This document shows positions 63,770 through 64,000 of a stretch of DNA of 64,000 nucleotides, one piece after another; the first letter of the stretch is position 1, and each line of letters starts with the position of its first letter. The translations under genes were made by a program, and so were the position numbers. The stretch covers positions 1,488,001-1,552,000 of the forward strand of contig ML978123.1 in NCBI GenBank assembly GCA_010015805.1, written 5' to 3'. The notes under the pieces are model-generated. The model had not been told where the DNA came from, searched no databases, and saw only the letters and a program-made list of their open reading frames with translations. This stretch comes from Rhizodiscina lignyota (lineage: Eukaryota).

Positions 63770-63992
63770 GGGGAACAGCCCAATCCAAGAAGAGCGTCGC
63801 CACACCCAGACCGAAGTCGGGCGCTTCGACGACTCTCCTTGTACCAGACTGCCCTCCCCAGCCGCTATCTATGAAGTGAGGAAGGACAGCCTAGTCCAAG
63901 GAGAGCGTCGCATCACCCAGACCGAAGTCGGGCGCTTCAACGGCTCTCCTTGAACTCGACTGTCCCCCCAAACAACCGCCCACTATCTACCC
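63770..63992. repeat. Tandem repeat of about 111 bp, two copies visible up to the window end
   Basis: tccaag(a/g)agagcgtcgc..cacccagaccgaagtcgggcgcttc(g/a)acg(a/g)ctctccttg begins at 63784 and again at 63895. Confidence 0.9.
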
Positions 63993-64000
63993 CCCGTCTC

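Noticed and set aside
63770..63992. CRISPR-like repeat-spacer appearance
   Set aside because: This is a fungal genome with only two long units, the linkers are homologous rather than unique spacers, and there are no cas genes.
1..64000. tRNA, rRNA or snoRNA genes
   Set aside because: No cloverleaf/T-loop or rRNA-like sequence was recognised by eye. tRNAscan-SE and Infernal/Rfam searches would be needed to exclude them.

Overview
This is intron-containing eukaryotic DNA from a filamentous ascomycete (Pezizomycotina; possibly Dothideomycetes, by inference), with short GT-AG introns and CTRAC-type branch points. About 20 protein-coding genes can be supported. Core genes: the 5' part of CSF1 (not in the ORF track), a TMEM184/OSTalpha transporter, medA, an MscS channel, PPT1, a KIF22-like kinesin, RAS2, a propionyl/acetyl-CoA synthetase, AIM24 and ATM1. 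Accessory-type genes lie between them: an A-T-C NRPS-like gene, a Cys-rich membrane protein, a cupin, a DsbA/FrnE oxidoreductase, an MFS transporter, a HET protein and a quinone oxidoreductase. Two signals stand out. (1) A three-gene module at 36.0-41.5 kb combines a Zn2Cys6 regulator, a 2OG-Fe(II) dioxygenase and an ICL/PEP-mutase-superfamily enzyme that has lost the KRCGH catalytic loop. A shared CCGA-N4-TCGG palindrome lies upstream of all three genes. (2) The medA leader has a spliced, AUG-less, in-frame N-terminal extension with CUG/GUG codons in strong context, directly preceded by an in-frame uORF. Also present are a TA-flanked inverted-repeat element next to the HET gene and a repeat-rich, RIP-like segment at the right end. 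No rRNA, tRNA or CRISPR features were recognised. Exon boundaries were inferred by eye, and family assignments come from motif recognition, not database searches.
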